Shown: positions 13,997 through 29,048 of the stretch, in pieces
Numbering within the stretch: position 1 is the stretch's first letter
Layout of the letters: the number at the start of each line of letters is the position of its first letter
Origin: Auanema rhodensis
Lineage: Eukaryota > Animalia > Nematoda
Assembly (NCBI GenBank): GCA_964057225.1
Contig: OZ059900.1
Location: forward strand, 9,672,001-9,736,000
DNA: 64,000 nt
Direction: 5' to 3'
Notes under the pieces: model-generated
Told to the model about the DNA's origin: nothing
Databases searched by the model: none
What the model saw: only the letters and a program-made list of their open reading frames with translations
Made by a program: the position numbers and the translations under genes

Positions 13997-16900
13997 GTAT
14001 GTCTCTTAACTTTTTTATAAAAAATATATAAACTTTGAAAGAAAAAAACAAGATATTGTTATTCTTGTTCAATTTTATTTAATCATTAAAGCCATGAAAT
14101 ACTTTTTTGATTTTGATAGTGGGTTTTGAAGATCGGTTATTTCAAATTAAAAACTACTTAATAGAATTTTTTATTTTAAATTAGCAACAAAACAAAAAAA
14201 CAAATTTATATTTGTAAGTGTTTACTTTGAATTTGTATTTGAATGTTGATAAATCGAGTGCATGGTAGAACAAAGGACATTCAGTTCATTTGCTACCATA
14301 TGTAGGAAAGAATTTCTGACAAGACTGTGATTAATGCCTATTTTTCCTTCATATGTTGAGTGCATTTAAACTATTAGTTTTCTGTATTAATTATGTTTCT
14401 TTATTATTCAAGATTCCCGCTTAGCTTTTCAATGCTATGCTCTGTTTTCATTTATTTTTTGTTTTATGCAGCTTTAAACTTTTGCTTGTTCTTGCTTGTT
14501 CCGCATTGTATTGAGCTGTTTCCGTGAAATTTTCATCAGAATTCAGAATTTTTAATGGTTTTTGAGAAAATTAAAATGATATGTTGTCAGCTGATATTTA
14601 ATGTTCCCACGAAATTCATTGTTCTGCATATCAATCTAGTATGTGTTAATGTCAATTGAAATTCACCTGACAATGATGATAACTAAAACTTCCCTATTCA
14701 CAAAATTGTCCGAGAAATGTAGTTTATGAAGGGAGCTGGGGGGTTGTTCAGAGAAAATGTTTTTTGTTTGTTACTTGTTTTAGCTACAAGTTGCAAGTTT
14801 TACATAATATGCTTGTCTATATTTGCTTACCAATTTGATATGCAATGCAAATTAAAGCAAAGAATTAGATTTGTTATGCTTTTACTCTTTTTCCTCTTTT
14901 GCTTCCAAAAGTGCTATTTTTGGGGAGAAAAAATCCATATTTTCCAGTTTTCATTGTAATCATCTCAATATCTTTATTTTGAATGTTGCATTTGTGTTAT
15001 AAAAACAATCCACTTGGTTGTTCAATTTATACCAAAAGCATATTACATTACAAAAAATTTATGGGAAATTGAAAGAAAGAGAGAGCTGGGAGAGAGGCAT
15101 GAATAGTTTTTATTTTATAAGCGAATAAACCTGCATTATAGCATAATATATTTGAAATTTTGTATTCTTTTTTCCAATATTCAAACAGATGGTAGAAAGC
15201 ATGTTACGTGCGCAATTTGCGTCTGTCTGACTATGTCAGTTTTGAACTGTTTCTTATAGACTGTAGCAATACGTAAATCTTTTTTGATATGGAACATCTG
15301 TACGTATTCGTTTCATTTGTCTTCTAGCAGTTCTCTTGATTTTTCGCTCTCTCTCTCCCTTTGTCTGCTCTCATACAATGTTTTTTGAAATTATTTGTCA
15401 ATCAAGTCTGATACATTTTCGTGTGAACTGAACATATCTACTTAACATCCAGTACGTACTTTCTGCTAAACGACGTATTTTTCACGTTTTTCTTTTCTAT
15501 ATGTTCGTTATCTGTTCTGTTTTAGACGTTTCTTTGATAGCTTGACTGGATATAATTTATCATTTTTTCATATCCCTTTCTTTGATAGGCAATCAGCTCT
15601 CACACCCTTCGTTACAATTTTTTTCCATTTTTCTATTTTTTTGCTTTTAGTTAGCATAATTCTTTCTACTTTTTCACATAAATAACTTCATTTAATCGAT
15701 TATTACTTGCTATAATCTACATAGTTATAAGCCGTATCAGATATGACCGAGTATTTGCATACAGGTCTTATTCTTTGTACGGTTCTTACATGTAGATACA
15801 TCAGCCAACACGCAAGCATGATTACAAGTGACTGTAGATATAGACTTGCCATATGGCTAGCCATCACATTTGATTACAAATTGCCAGTTTCACATCTAAT
15901 TAGATATTCAGGCAACATCTATCTATCTTGATCTTTTCTTTTTATTCTTTGTCGGCACCAAATTTTCTTTGCTTTTTGTCGTCTGTAATCGGTTTTCATC
16001 ATTCTTATGTTCATCCAATTTTGGTGTATCGACACAAACTGAACATATATAGAAACTTTTGCTTTAATTTTGTTTTCTGGTCTAGTCATTGATTGGTGCT
16101 GATTTTCAGTTGGACAACAGAAGTTCTACAATCTGTCTTTTTCCCTGACCTCCACATTTTTTGTAAGAAAACTCGAAAGTGAACTATAAAATGAATGCAT
16201 TTTCATAACTTTATCTCACCAAATACTGAAAACAGTAAATTACTTGCATATCTGACTTTCTAATGTTTCATTTTTGCCTTTCATCTGTCGTTGTCTCAGA
16301 AAATCAGTGCCCCCCCCCCTGTCTCTTCCTGTATTTATAATACGTCTTAATCTGGTTTACACTTGGTGATCTTCTAACTTGTTTTCCTCTTCTTATAAAA
16401 ATAGTGTAGTTTGTTTTGGCCCCTTCTTTATACTCGTTCACATCGTAAAATTTGCTTAATTGCCTATTTAGATGTACCTAGTGCTATTTGTGCACGTCTG
16501 ATGATATTCCGAATCAGATGACCTGACCTGCCTTGTTGTTGAACTGTCCTTTCTAGTTAGGCAGTCTCTCACCTATAGTGTCTTATATCTCTTTCATTTC
16601 TAATTTCTATCGTTTACGCTCCCTTTTTACTATATCCGATTGGTTTCTTCTTGTTGTGAATAGTCCGTTCACTATCTAGTACCCATCATGACCTCAAAGC
16701 CCTTCAGGTGGTCAAAATAACTACCTATCTTCGCTCTATCTCGCCCATAAACAGTTATACTTTTTGCCGCTTTAATTGTTTTATTTCACTACTAACTGAC
16801 TTTTTTTCATCAGATCACGTATTGAGAAAATTTTTAAAAGGGCACGCAGCCATCAATTCATAACACTTTACCACCGCTATCGTCTGAAATGATCATGATT

Positions 16901-19900
16901 AATGAGATAATACGAAAAATTCTTGAGCGAACTGCATGAAAAAGTTCAATAAGAATACTGTAACTTAAAATTGCTTGTGAAATTCGGGAGAAAAAAAGGA
17001 TTAATAGTGTTATTTATGCACCTCGAAAAATGTTGTTAGTTAATGGCCGTATTTTGAGTGATGTTTGAACCTCTAGTTTATAAATTATCAAGAAAAGAGG
17101 CTGTTGTCCTTTTTTTGCCGCAAATCTGAGATCAGCCAACTCATGGCCGTCTGAATGAGGCTGTACCAAACACAAGGCAAGTATGCTGACGATAAAAACG
17201 ACCCCACAGAGAGTAGCTGCGTGAAAGCGAGGACATGTCGCCAATAACCTATAGGTGATTCGAAGGCGGTAGTACCGAGGACGTTTGGCCTGATCGCTGT
17301 TTTAGTATTGACGAACAAGAAAATGCATTAGCACCAACTCGCGATGTTTCTTTTGTTTTTTTTTTACCAATTTTATTCGCCTCATCTCACGACGTCCTTA
17401 AGTTTTTATACCCAAAAATCGTATTTCCTTTTATCTTTCTCTACCATTGCATTACTTATACGTAGATTAGTATTATAATCGGTGAAGATTGCGAGGTCTT
17501 GGCAGGCTTGTGATCATGGCACCGAGGTCGTTGACATGTATGCCTACTCACATTTGTCTTTTCCTAAACACATGCCTACCTTTTTGCTCTGCTGCTCATG
17601 ACAAGTTAATCGCATGCATTCATGATTTATTGATTTTGCTTTTAAAATTTAAGCCAACTTCTCCAAGCAAGGTACAATCATTTTCAATTTGCTGCTTCAT
17701 TTTATGCAACTAGCCATTAGATAGGCTAGTCTTGTTTAATGCTAACGTTCATTCTAATTTTCAAGAATTTTCACTCACCATCAACGCTGAAAAAACTGAA
17801 ATCTCTTCCTGAATTAGTTATAATTCTCATCACGATGCTGATGAGCGTAAGTGTCCCTAGTTTCTTTTTTTTTGTATATTCTAAATGAAACTTCGCATCT
17901 TTCGGCTGTATCTAATAGAGCTGGAAACATCTTCGATTTAGCCGATTGATGTATGCCGTTCTCTCCGATTTCTAGCTTTTCAGTCTCTCTGCTGATGTTC
18001 GCGATCCCCTTGAGAATCGCAGCACATTACCATATAAGTTAGATCGCTCATCCGTCAGTTTCGAGTTCATTCGCACCGAATATCTAGTCTTAACAGAACA
18101 GAAGATTAATTCGTTTGAAACTTCATTGTTTGTCTTAGCATTTCATCATTCATTATCCATTTTTTTCGGTTTTACATCGGCGCTTTTATGTTCTACTTAT
18201 CTCTTTGTATCTCTGAAAAATTTCACTGTATTCTTCTCAGTACATCCGAGAGCTTTTCTCATTTTTCACTTCACTACCCAATATCTTTCGTTTGCTTCAG
18301 TCACTGACCAGTACACGTCTGTTTTAATGCAACTGGCCAGCAATCAACTGTCGAGGCAAGTGTCCATCATCACAGACGTTTCTCATCAACATTGAGAGCT
18401 CAGCTGCAAATTGTGTGTTCTCCTTATAATATCGTCTTTCACTTCATTTCATTTATGGCTTTGACCTCTCCGATAAATCTTTTCCCGCCAACACACTTTG
18501 TCTTATCTGTCTCGCTAGTGTCATCTCAAACCCATCTATTTCAATGCATTTATTAGAAACACTTTGTTGTAAATTTCCCGTTGAAATGCAAATTTCATCG
18601 ATCTGCCAGTGAATCACTAGGCTATTTGCTCTGAAAAGTGACCTTATATAGATAAAACATGTGGAAAGCTCAAATCAAATGCATTTAATGAATATCAACA
18701 ATATTTATTGTTGTTTATCACATTGTTTGCTCCTTTCTTCTTACAATGATGTTCTCATCTGTACCACATCGTGATCTGGTTACTTTGGATATCTATCTAT
18801 TTATTGTTTTCGCTTTTCAATAATCTATTAGCTTTATATTGTCATCAGCTGATATATTCCATGCGAATAGATATATGTGTTGTGGTTGTGCCATAAGTAT
18901 TCAGTCTTTGGTCTATCGCAGCTTCTTACAGTCGTATATGTACATAGATCTAGCACCATCTGTCATGTTATTAGACTTAGTTGCTGTCAGTATATCTATC
19001 CTTAGCTTACTCTCACGCGTGTAGTTAATCCTTTCTCATTTACACATACCAAAATAATGTGAAATATAGAAAATTCATGCTAATTGCGCAACACGATCTG
19101 CTAGAATATTCAAGCCCATTGTATGACTAGCTCAGAATGAAATTGTCAATTTCTTGTTTGGTTATATCGTTTGTAGCTCATTTGCTTTTATTTATAATTA
19201 GACATTTTGGAGTATATAATCGTGTATATACAATTACTATTTTCTTGACTGCGGACTCAGTAGTATCCGTGTAGCCTAATCCAGTTGATCCGACCTTTTC
19301 TCGTCCTGCTACCAACGTTTTATGATCTTTACATCACATGCTGTAATTAGCGTAATTTGTTATTACTTTGAGCAGTCCTGATGATCCGTAATTTGCATTA
19401 TTATATGTTGGTTTTGCATTCATTTTTGCTACTATTATCGTAACAACCAGAAAATGACGACAACAGCGACTATGTTGATGATGATGCAGTTGACGTGGTT
19501 GGACGTTCGCTCGCACTTACAGTTCTGACATGTCGTTTCTTCATCTTCGTTATTTAGTCTTCATCATCTTTTGCTACAATTTCTATTCATTTATCGTATC
19601 TAGCTGAAAGAACTGCGTTCTATTCTGACAACCTAGCCGTCTGTTCGTACGATTTAATTGATTTTTCCCAATTATCCTATTCCTTGTACACGCATCAAGA
19701 AATAATATTCCTGTTGTTGAACACGCTCGCATGTTGCTGTCGGGATCTGATCGATGCCGTCTCATCAAATCACTCGTCTTTATTAATTGATGACAGTCAA
19801 TTATTTGAGAAACATATGACTCTTTTTAATATTTTGTCAGTTTTACGATCAAATCAACTAAGGGTTAATCAATTCAATCATTTTTCAATTTGAAAATGCT

Positions 19901-22900
19901 ATCAATGCAATGAGTGGTAATATTTGTATTATTAAGTTCAACATACTATATTTAAACAGTATCTTTTGAATTTATATCGGTTTATTACTGAAGTGAATAC
20001 TATTCAGCAACTTGCATCTTTCTCAGTTTACTGATTTTATTAGATTTTCTCTACATATCCACTTATCGTCCTATTGTCTTCATACTTCTTCAGGTCTATT
20101 ATTATGTTCTGAGATCATTTAGTTTCTAATTACTTTACTTCTTCATCAATTTACATTTATTAAATTTCATTATCTCTTTGTGTAACTCCTAAAAATTATA
20201 ATTACAATATTCAGAATAACAAAGATAACATCATAGACCTAGATGTGAACGAATATTGTTTCAAAGAATTCTTTACATAACTCGAACCCTAATTATTGAA
20301 CAATAGTTCCTTGTTGATACCGGGTTATATAGTTCTACAAATTGTTTTTCAACCTGAGTACAAACAATGTTTTTCCATGAGTTAATTCATCTGGCATACT
20401 TTACTCATCATCAATTATTAAAGATTTTGTTAATACTTCCTCATCGTCTTCTTCCTATTTTCAAGGAAGTTTTTCAGTTACAATCGTATTTAAAGCTCAT
20501 TTAATCGAAAAAAGATGAATCTATCTGTTAATAATTCGCATTACGATTATTATTATCTTATCGGGTGTAGTGAAGCATCTGCGACACGATATCGTCACCT
20601 TTTAAGACTATTCCGATGTACGTCACTGTTTTAGTGCTGAAATCTATCTTTTCTGTTTATTTTAAGTAAAACTAACATTTTATGATAATTGAATGAAGTA
20701 AAATACAGAATAAAGACACGTACTGTCATTAATTCAGCACAATCTGTTGATTGTTCTTCTGGCATTGTATTCCAGTTCATTCATCACTTACTTTTTTCTG
20801 TATTTTTCATGTACAAGGCCAGAAAAAAAGCGCAAAAGCCAGATGTCTGAACACTGTTACGTTCCGTTCATTATCCTCCTACACGTGTCCTTATTACTCA
20901 CAATTTTTTATTCTTCTTATTTCTATATACGATGTAGATGTAATCAGACTTTTCCAGCCGGTTTTTGTCTGCTTCTCTTAAAATTCTGACACACACACAA
21001 ACATTTATTTTTTAAAAGCTTACGAGCTTAAAGCTTTATAGGAAATTTGAACGCTGGAATTGAGCATGTCTCATATTCTCAGTGTTTTGCGGCTGTTCGT
21101 TGGCTAAGAGTTGTGTTCTATTGCTTTTCTCTAGCATCTCCGTTCAAATCGGCTGATATAGAATGAGAAATAAAATCGTAAGCAATAGAGAAAGAGTGAA
21201 ACTGACACACTGCCAGACAGAAAGAAAATCCTAATGAAAACGGAAGAGATGCTGATGTAAAAATGAAATGAAATAGCTCCGACCAATCACATTTTTACAT
21301 TTTCTTATGGTTATCTTGCTTAAACTGACAATTCAATGTAATCCACATCTTCTCAACCAACCGCCTCATTTAGTATATCTCCCGTTAAGTAGTCGGAATA
21401 GAAAATAGTTAACGAATAAGAGATATAGCGAAAAACAAGCTATTACGTACTGAGACAAGATGCCGATCTAATTAGGGCAAGAAGAAGAGCCCAGCGAAAC
21501 TTAGCTGATTGCCTTCTCTCCTATACTCCTAGCTACAATACCCATTTGCAACTGCATCATTGCAATCATTTTCAGCTATAATTCAAAAGCATTCATATAG
21601 CTAGTTTGCTATAAATAATTTGAAAAATCTATTTGCCATATTTTCAAATTTTCTTATTTTGGCTCATCCAGTTCTCATTCTCATTCATTCCGGTAAAAAC
21701 AGCTTTTGAAAACTTTGTATTAAGCTGAAACAAAATATTGTTTCCATCGACTGTGAGATTTCGTACTTTTATTTTTTCACATGAACGAGCTTAAAACTCA
21801 AAATGTAGTTTAACAATAGATTTGTGAGAAATAAGAGAATTAAAATACGTCGGTGTCGAAAATACGAATATAGTTAGCATATTATACAATTTGTATGCAA
21901 TTTTTGTTCTCCCGACTCTCTTTTATTTGAAAAACTTGTTTTCTATTAGCACTTTTAATCTATACCATTTTGAGCGCCAAAATGAGCATCTATTTCATTT
22001 TTAAATTCAAGTGAGCGCGCTGCTCAGAAAATTGGTCTTTCTAATGAACTCTTTCATTCATTCCGTTATTTTACCCTAAATGTTTTCCTCGTTTGTTTTC
22101 TAATAACTGTGTATTAATGAGTTCATTGAAAACAATAATTTTTCTGTGCAAAGTACAAATGACAAGTATTGATTGATTGATTGATTTGTGCGATAGATTG
22201 AGTCTATACTATAAGGCGGTGAGTTGGAGGTTAAAGATTGACCTACTCTCATAATGATAGGTCGCGACGCACAAAATCTATTGTTGCACACACATTGATT
22301 TATTTTTTTTTGTTGGCTATGTGTATATATTTTGTACTCTTTGTATAAACTATACATTGAAATTTAATTAGAACTTTATAATATGCTAACTATTCATGTT
22401 TATATTAAACGGAATTGTATAAGGATTGAATTTAATTGATTACCCTTTGTATAGTATGTGTGGCTTGTATAAGAAAGAAAGAGAGAAAGAGAGAAAGATG
22501 AAGGGATGCGGGGGGTGGATGTGGTAGCAGTTCTAAAAGAGTGACGAGCAGATGGACAGCAAATCTGTTTAGCTTAATAGGACGCCTGACCCTTGACTTC
22601 GTCAGTTCATTCAGCTTTCCGACACCAACTATTTCTCTCACTTGCTTTCTCCAAAGCCATTGAAAATATTTCATTGCTTTAGTTGCTCTTTTTGCTCACC
22701 ATATTCCGCAGTCAATATTCCCATTATTTTCTAAAGAAATCTTGAATGCTTTCGAAGTAGTCCATATGTTTTTTTGGTTTAACTGCTTAAGCTTGTGTTA
22801 TTTCTTAGTTTGAACGATTTCGCTTGTCCCTTTGAACTTTATAGTTAGAAGAATTGAGCCATTTCTTCTACAATACATCGATATGGCCTTCAAATATTCA

Positions 22901-25900
22901 CAGATATATTATATATTTATCTGTCAAGTGGAACAGGCAAATGTTGCTCTATGTGTCTAATTCTCTTCCACTTGAGCATGACAGCTCGGACTCCTTTCTT
23001 GTTCGCTTCTCTTTTTCACTATCGGTCCAATACTAGTATTCTCTAGTGATTCTTCTTGGCTTATGCAAATTTTTATGCAGAATGGCATTCGTTCTATTTG
23101 ATTTTGAATAACTGTCATAGTATCTAATTCTGTTTGTGCCATGTTGATGCAAGTTTTGTACAACAATCGCTTCATTTTCTGCAATTTTTTTCCAAATTTG
23201 AAAATATATAATTTCATATAGTTTGCAATGTACTGATGTAAGTGCTGTGCGCAATCCTATAATTTGATCGAGTTCATTTTGAGTCTGTAAGGACATCAAA
23301 TATTCCTACCTTTTCAGTTTGAGTTTGAATTGCTGGCAAGAGAGAATGAATGAGAAATGTCTAAAAGTAGAAGTAGAAAGGGTTATGAAGTACTCATTCA
23401 TGTTCTCATATTCATGTCTTCTTGTGTTGTTCGTAAATGGAGCACATCTTTTGTAGTATTCACCTTCACAATGCCCTTCTCTCGTTATTCTTTAAGATGA
23501 TGATCTGAATCTAATAGGCGTTCTCTAATATTCCTTGAAATGTTTGTTGTCTGTTTATACTCTGTCTGCGTATGATCAGATTGAAAGAGAGGAAGATAGA
23601 GTGAGAATGAAACGGTATAGAAAAGACGATCTTTATATTCTTCATTATACGACCCCTTGTTTTCTCTTTTCTTTATAATATACTGCTTGAAAAGAATAAC
23701 ATAGCATCATTCTCGCTCATCATTCGCTCTTGTTCTTGTATTTCTATGTCGATTACCTCCCCCTATTGAATCATGTTATGGCCTTGTCGTCACCACCTTC
23801 GTCTTTCTTCAGAATATGTTATTGTATTTTGCAACTCCGCCCTCATTCGTTCCTCGTTACACCTTGTACAACTCTGTGTTCTCATCATTGGCGTTTTTCT
23901 CACACAAAACCTCAGTCTTAATGGTTGTCTCGTTTTTCTTGATATCTTTCCTCATCCATGCATGAGCAGACAAGCAGTCAGATCCTGTTTTGGTACAGAT
24001 GTACCCATTCTGCTGTTCTTCCATAAGTGTACTCCACCAAGTGAATAAATTCTAAAGAAGGAAGGATTTGACGGAGGCAAGTATATGCTTGGCTTAAGAA
24101 GCGAAAATGAGGTCGTCTCAGTCTACTCTCAATTTTACCAGTTTTGCCAATGATTGAGAGAAAAAGTGAACGAGAAAGGACACCTAGCATCGCTTATGCC
24201 AGCTAGTGAAGTGCTTCATGTGCAGATTCACACTTGAGGAGATCGTGTTAAATGTAAAAGTTAATTATTCATTGCGCCGCATTCCCAGAAAAGGCTTCTG
24301 TTGTTCATTCAACTGGTGATGATGATCACTTGACAGCTCATCATTGCTTGAGTTTTTTTTGTTCATTTTCAATTTTCTCAATTTTCGTTTTTATGCAAAC
24401 TAAGCCCCTTCACTTAATTCGCATTTTCTGCTTATTTCCTATTTAGAAATATTTATATTTGACAGCAATTCATGATCTTTTTCTTTTGCTCTCTTGAATT
24501 GCTATCTATCTCAATACCAACAATTTTGGTAATAGCTTTGCCAGCTTTATGTTGACTCCGTGAACGTCTTGGTCTATGTCTCTTCAATTTCTTATCTGGT
24601 ATTAGCGACTACTTCTAATCCGTTCTCAAAGGCTTTGCCAATTGCGGTAATTGCAATTTACTCTAAAGTCCTGAGTTGAGTGGTTGGATCTTGCTTCAGT
24701 CGCCCAGACGTTTTCAATGCATTTCACTTTTATTTTACTTTCGCTTTTTTCTTCTTCTTCGTCGCCTTTTTGCTTCAAAAGTATGGGTTGCCAGGCATTT
24801 AAATATTGTCTTCAATCAGTGGGCATCCGAAATCTTATCCAAAGGCTAAACCTGATACAAAAACAAAACACAGTCTGTTTCCCTATCTTTTCTGGACTGT
24901 AATTCTATACTTGAACACTGAAAATGGACTGAAATACGGAACAAATGCAAAATAGAAACGTCGCAACCGTACATTGAAAGCTTGAACATATTTTATTTGG
25001 AGGACAGAGTGTGTTGTCCTTTGCATCAATTTGATTGTTAGGTGGTTGACAAAGCTGGCTTTTCATCTTCCTTTTCAATATGAATTTTTCTCGTTCTCTC
25101 CCTTTTGCCGCCTTTTTGCAACTCGCTATTCACATATCTTGTCTTCATCAACAAGCATTATAGCGATCAACTTCATCTTCTTTAACATATTTCCTGTCTC
25201 TCCCCACCCCCGACCATGCCGCAGTCCACCTCATCTCTCACCCTTCTCGGAGGACTTCGTCATCGTTTCCGTATACACGAACGGCTTTCCTGTGACGACG
25301 CCAACTGCTTGGGCATATAGACAGACAAATACGACATTGCTGTTAAAGACTTCGTTCTGCGTCTGTGGTGTGTCTGTGAGTCGGCGTTGTCTCCTCATTC
25401 TCCGATGTTGTCGTCATCACCAGCCCAGTACTCTCTCCAGCCGGTTTTTTCAAATGGACTCACTTTTCGTCGTCGGAGACTGAGACTCCTCAGCTTGTAG
25501 CAGCGGCAACATTCACTCTCCCTTTCTATCTGTCTAATTTTCGTTTTTCCCCTGACTTAGCTCCTTCTAGCCTTCTTGCTTTTTTTGCTGGTCTTTTCAT
25601 TTTCTTGAGAAAGAGAAGGAAACTGAGGAGAGGACCAAAAGAAACTACCATTTTCTATTTTTTTTCGGAACCTTTTTAAGCTTAGCATCATCTTCGTCCT
25701 TGCTTTCTTCTATATCACTCTCTTCTTTATTCTCAATTTTCAACTCACTCTCATTGTTGTCTTTTGTGGTTTGCATTGTATAACCTTTCTTTCTTGAGCC
25801 TCATCTTGCAATGGGTTCCTGTTCCCCCTTGTTTTATTTATTTATGATCTTTCCAGCGTTCTATTTCTCACGCCTTGTTTCTTTTTCTTTCAATTTCCGG

Positions 25901-28900
25901 CATTTCATTCAGTTGTTCGATCTCTTCTAGCACTAGCTTGTTTTGCGTTTATCACTTAGAAATCTCAACAATTCTTGGAGAAACGTTGTCCTTATTTTCT
26001 AATATTTGGTCAATAACTTGTTTCATTTTCTCGCCACAGCTTTCTCTCATTTTTTACAACATTCGTCAAATTCTAAAAGTTATTTTCATTACTCGTTCTC
26101 TTTTACTTGAAAGATTACTTGGTGTCGTGTGCATAAATGTGTGTGAGTGTATGTGCTTGTGTGTCTTGCTCTATCTTTCTGTGAGGCTAGGATGCTGGTA
26201 GTGCTGCTACTACTGCTGTTGCTAGTGCTGCTGGTGTAGTATGCTACTCGATTTTTGCCCTCTGGCCCCTGGCACCAACACAATATTGATGAATCAATCT
26301 AGACTATTTGTCTGCTGGTTAAACATTTTTTTGCATTAGCTTTTAATGGTATATGTCTCCAAAATTTAAAAAAAAAACGCAATGCTTCGGCATAATCGAT
26401 CATCATTCTCTTGTCTTTGTCTTAGATTTTTTTCCAATTTAATCACCCCTATTCACATTTTGCGGTGTTATTTATGCCTCATCAGGTTTGTAAACGACAA
26501 GAAGAAACATAAAGAGAGCTTTGTACTGTTTTACTGCGTATGTTCAGTGGTCCTTGGCCTCTACTTGACCTGAACCATCCTAGTTTGCACATAAGGCCGG
26601 CTCACAGCAATGACCTGAATTTAGTTTAATGCCTTATTGCCATTGGAACGCGCTAGATGACTGAGGTCATCGCAGCGTTCTGCATGGAATACAGAGTAAC
26701 GCTGTTCAGCAAACATGTAGTTGTTTCTCTTCTATCAATATGACTTCTTCAGTAAATATCCACTCAAACGTCGAAAATACTGTTCGAATCCTGTATTCAT
26801 TTTATTTTGTTTGAATGATTTGTGCATTACGCTTCATTCTCCAAACCTCGTACATTTTGCAATTGTCCTCTGCAACTACACTGCCCCTTCCAGCAGTTTT
26901 CGTTAATATCGCTCTTTGTCAGATAGGCTAACAGTGTATATACATGCCTATGTGTCAAGTTACAAGCAAGTACCTTTTGCTTCTTCTGTTTTGTTTTTTG
27001 CTCATCCTATATCATATTTCATTACTTCACTTTCAGGAAGTTTTTTTTCGTTCATTCACGAGAACTCATCATGATGATTAGTTTGGCAATTCTTTTTCAC
27101 TTTGTTTCATTTATACCCTTTTTTTTCGTTAAAAAACTATACATGTATAGTATATTTTATATCAAATTCACAATTCATTTTGTTGCCTTTGCTTTACGTC
27201 ATTATGAAAATTTTGATTATATAACTTCAATTCACTCTCGATTCTCATACTACGTCAATGCATGAATAAACTGATGGAAAGTAATCACACAACAGCTTAT
27301 ACTGTGTGAAATTGAAAAATCTAAGTTGTAACTTTTGATCTTTCTGATAGTAAGTCTATATATATAACTATATGTGTATATATATGTGCGCATATATCAC
27401 AATGCTTGACATATGCAAATGCAATGATTGGCCAACGCATTGCTATATACTATGTATCGCTTGATTTGTGCCCTTTGCTATGTTTCCAGTTTTTTTGTAT
27501 TTTTTGTGTACATTTGAATCCAAATATCCGTGCTGAGTAAGAATGGGAAGCGAGAGAAAGAGTGAGGGGAAGCGGGTTTATAGTTCGCTGATCTTCAATG
27601 TATATATATACATATATACGTCTCGTTGTCAGGCTCACTCTCTATCGCCTGCGGCTTGAACAAAATCGGCATTCGTACATACGTTTAAACGACCAAATAC
27701 ATGAATAGGTGGGTATCTGTAGCGCGAAGTTGAACGAAAAAGAGAAAAAGCTAGGGAGAGTGGAGAGATTAAATGTTTCTGAAAATTGAGCACAACTGGC
27801 TTCCGAATGTGGGGGGGGGGGAGGAGGAGAGAAGGACTAGAGGGCAGTTGCCCAGTCAGTTGGTGACGGATGCACTCAAGAATTTGTATTTGCTCTTAGC
27901 GTATGTATGTGTTCTCTAGTTACATGAAATTACGATTTGTATAGAAGATACATCTGTATATAGAGATGAGAGTGAATTGATGACATTGATGACATTGATA
28001 GAATTAAGGGAGAGATAGAGAGAATAAGCGAGGGGGTTACGGAAACAGATAAATTGGTTGAACGCAATTGGGGGAGGAGGGTAATCGGATGATCTTTCCT
28101 AGAGTAACATTATATACTAATCATATAACGGTATTAATTTCGTTGAGAACGTATTCATCCTGCTTTATCATGCATTTTCGTATTATATGCTGATTCAGAT
28201 TCAGCTATAATCATCATCGATGTACCTTTTGACAGAGTGCATTTTGAAAATGAAAGGTCCAACGCAATCTTCTCCTCTCTCTTTCTCTTCTTTTTGAATT
28301 TAGCCACCTTATCTTTCACTCTATCCTGCTGTCTGGCTCTTCTATGTTCTTGCACTTGATCTATCTCTCTCTCCCTCTCTTTATGTGTTTATTTGCTAAC
28401 CAGCTGAGGTGGAGGTCTGGTGGTTCTCAATATTTGCGTCGAGTCCGGCCCATGACTACTCGACTTGCGTGCTCCTTTTGCTTCATCCTTCGTTCCGGTC
28501 ATATACTGCCTCTTTCTTATATGAAATGTATTCATTCCCGCTTGGCTTGTCTTCTCCTGTTTTGTTTATCGTCCATCCAGAACCTAGAGCAAGAGAAAAA
28601 GAGGAGGGCAACGGACGGAGAGCTGTCCGCGTGAACAAAACAAGCGTTCAGACGGCAGCTAAAGCAATGCTCACACAGCTGATGGTTGTAGTATTCCTAT
28701 GCGTATGCGTAGACGCATCACCTACATGTATTATTTCTGATTAAGATTTTTACTTATTTCTTTTTAAGCCTCTTGACATTTTACATTTTACTTACAATTT
28801 TCTCATTCTGATTAGATTGCAATGTAACTATAGAAGTATCAATCAATAATATCATAAAAGTTGTGGACACGGCTCTATTATTATTATTTGATTTCTTTGG

Positions 28901-29017
28901 ACAAGAAATGTTATTGATAAAATAGTCTGGTATCTTAAAGCATAGTGCCTATGTTCGTGATACTGATATCTATTCAAGAACAAACTCAAATAACAATTGT
29001 CGACTTGTATATATATA

Positions 29018-29048
<31 letters not shown>

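Noticed and set aside
17014-17318. Signal-peptide or neuropeptide-like minus-strand ORF in a GC-richer island
   Set aside because: It starts at TTG with no in-frame ATG and lacks a Gly-dibasic amidation site. No RNase P/MRP/SRP motifs were recognised; it is probably a regulatory island.
17835-17900. Hammerhead-like CTGATGA...GAAA
   Set aside because: Stems II and III cannot form.
25840-26050. E/K-rich protein-like minus-strand frame with stops
   Set aside because: No splice structure; most likely the reverse complement of T/C-rich intron DNA.
26775-26800. tRNA T-loop-like GTTCGAATCC
   Set aside because: The T-stem does not pair and there is no cloverleaf.
27811-27821. G11 tract (also C10 at 16310 and C11 at 53802) as G-quadruplex elements
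   Set aside because: Short homopolymers, common and not distinctive.
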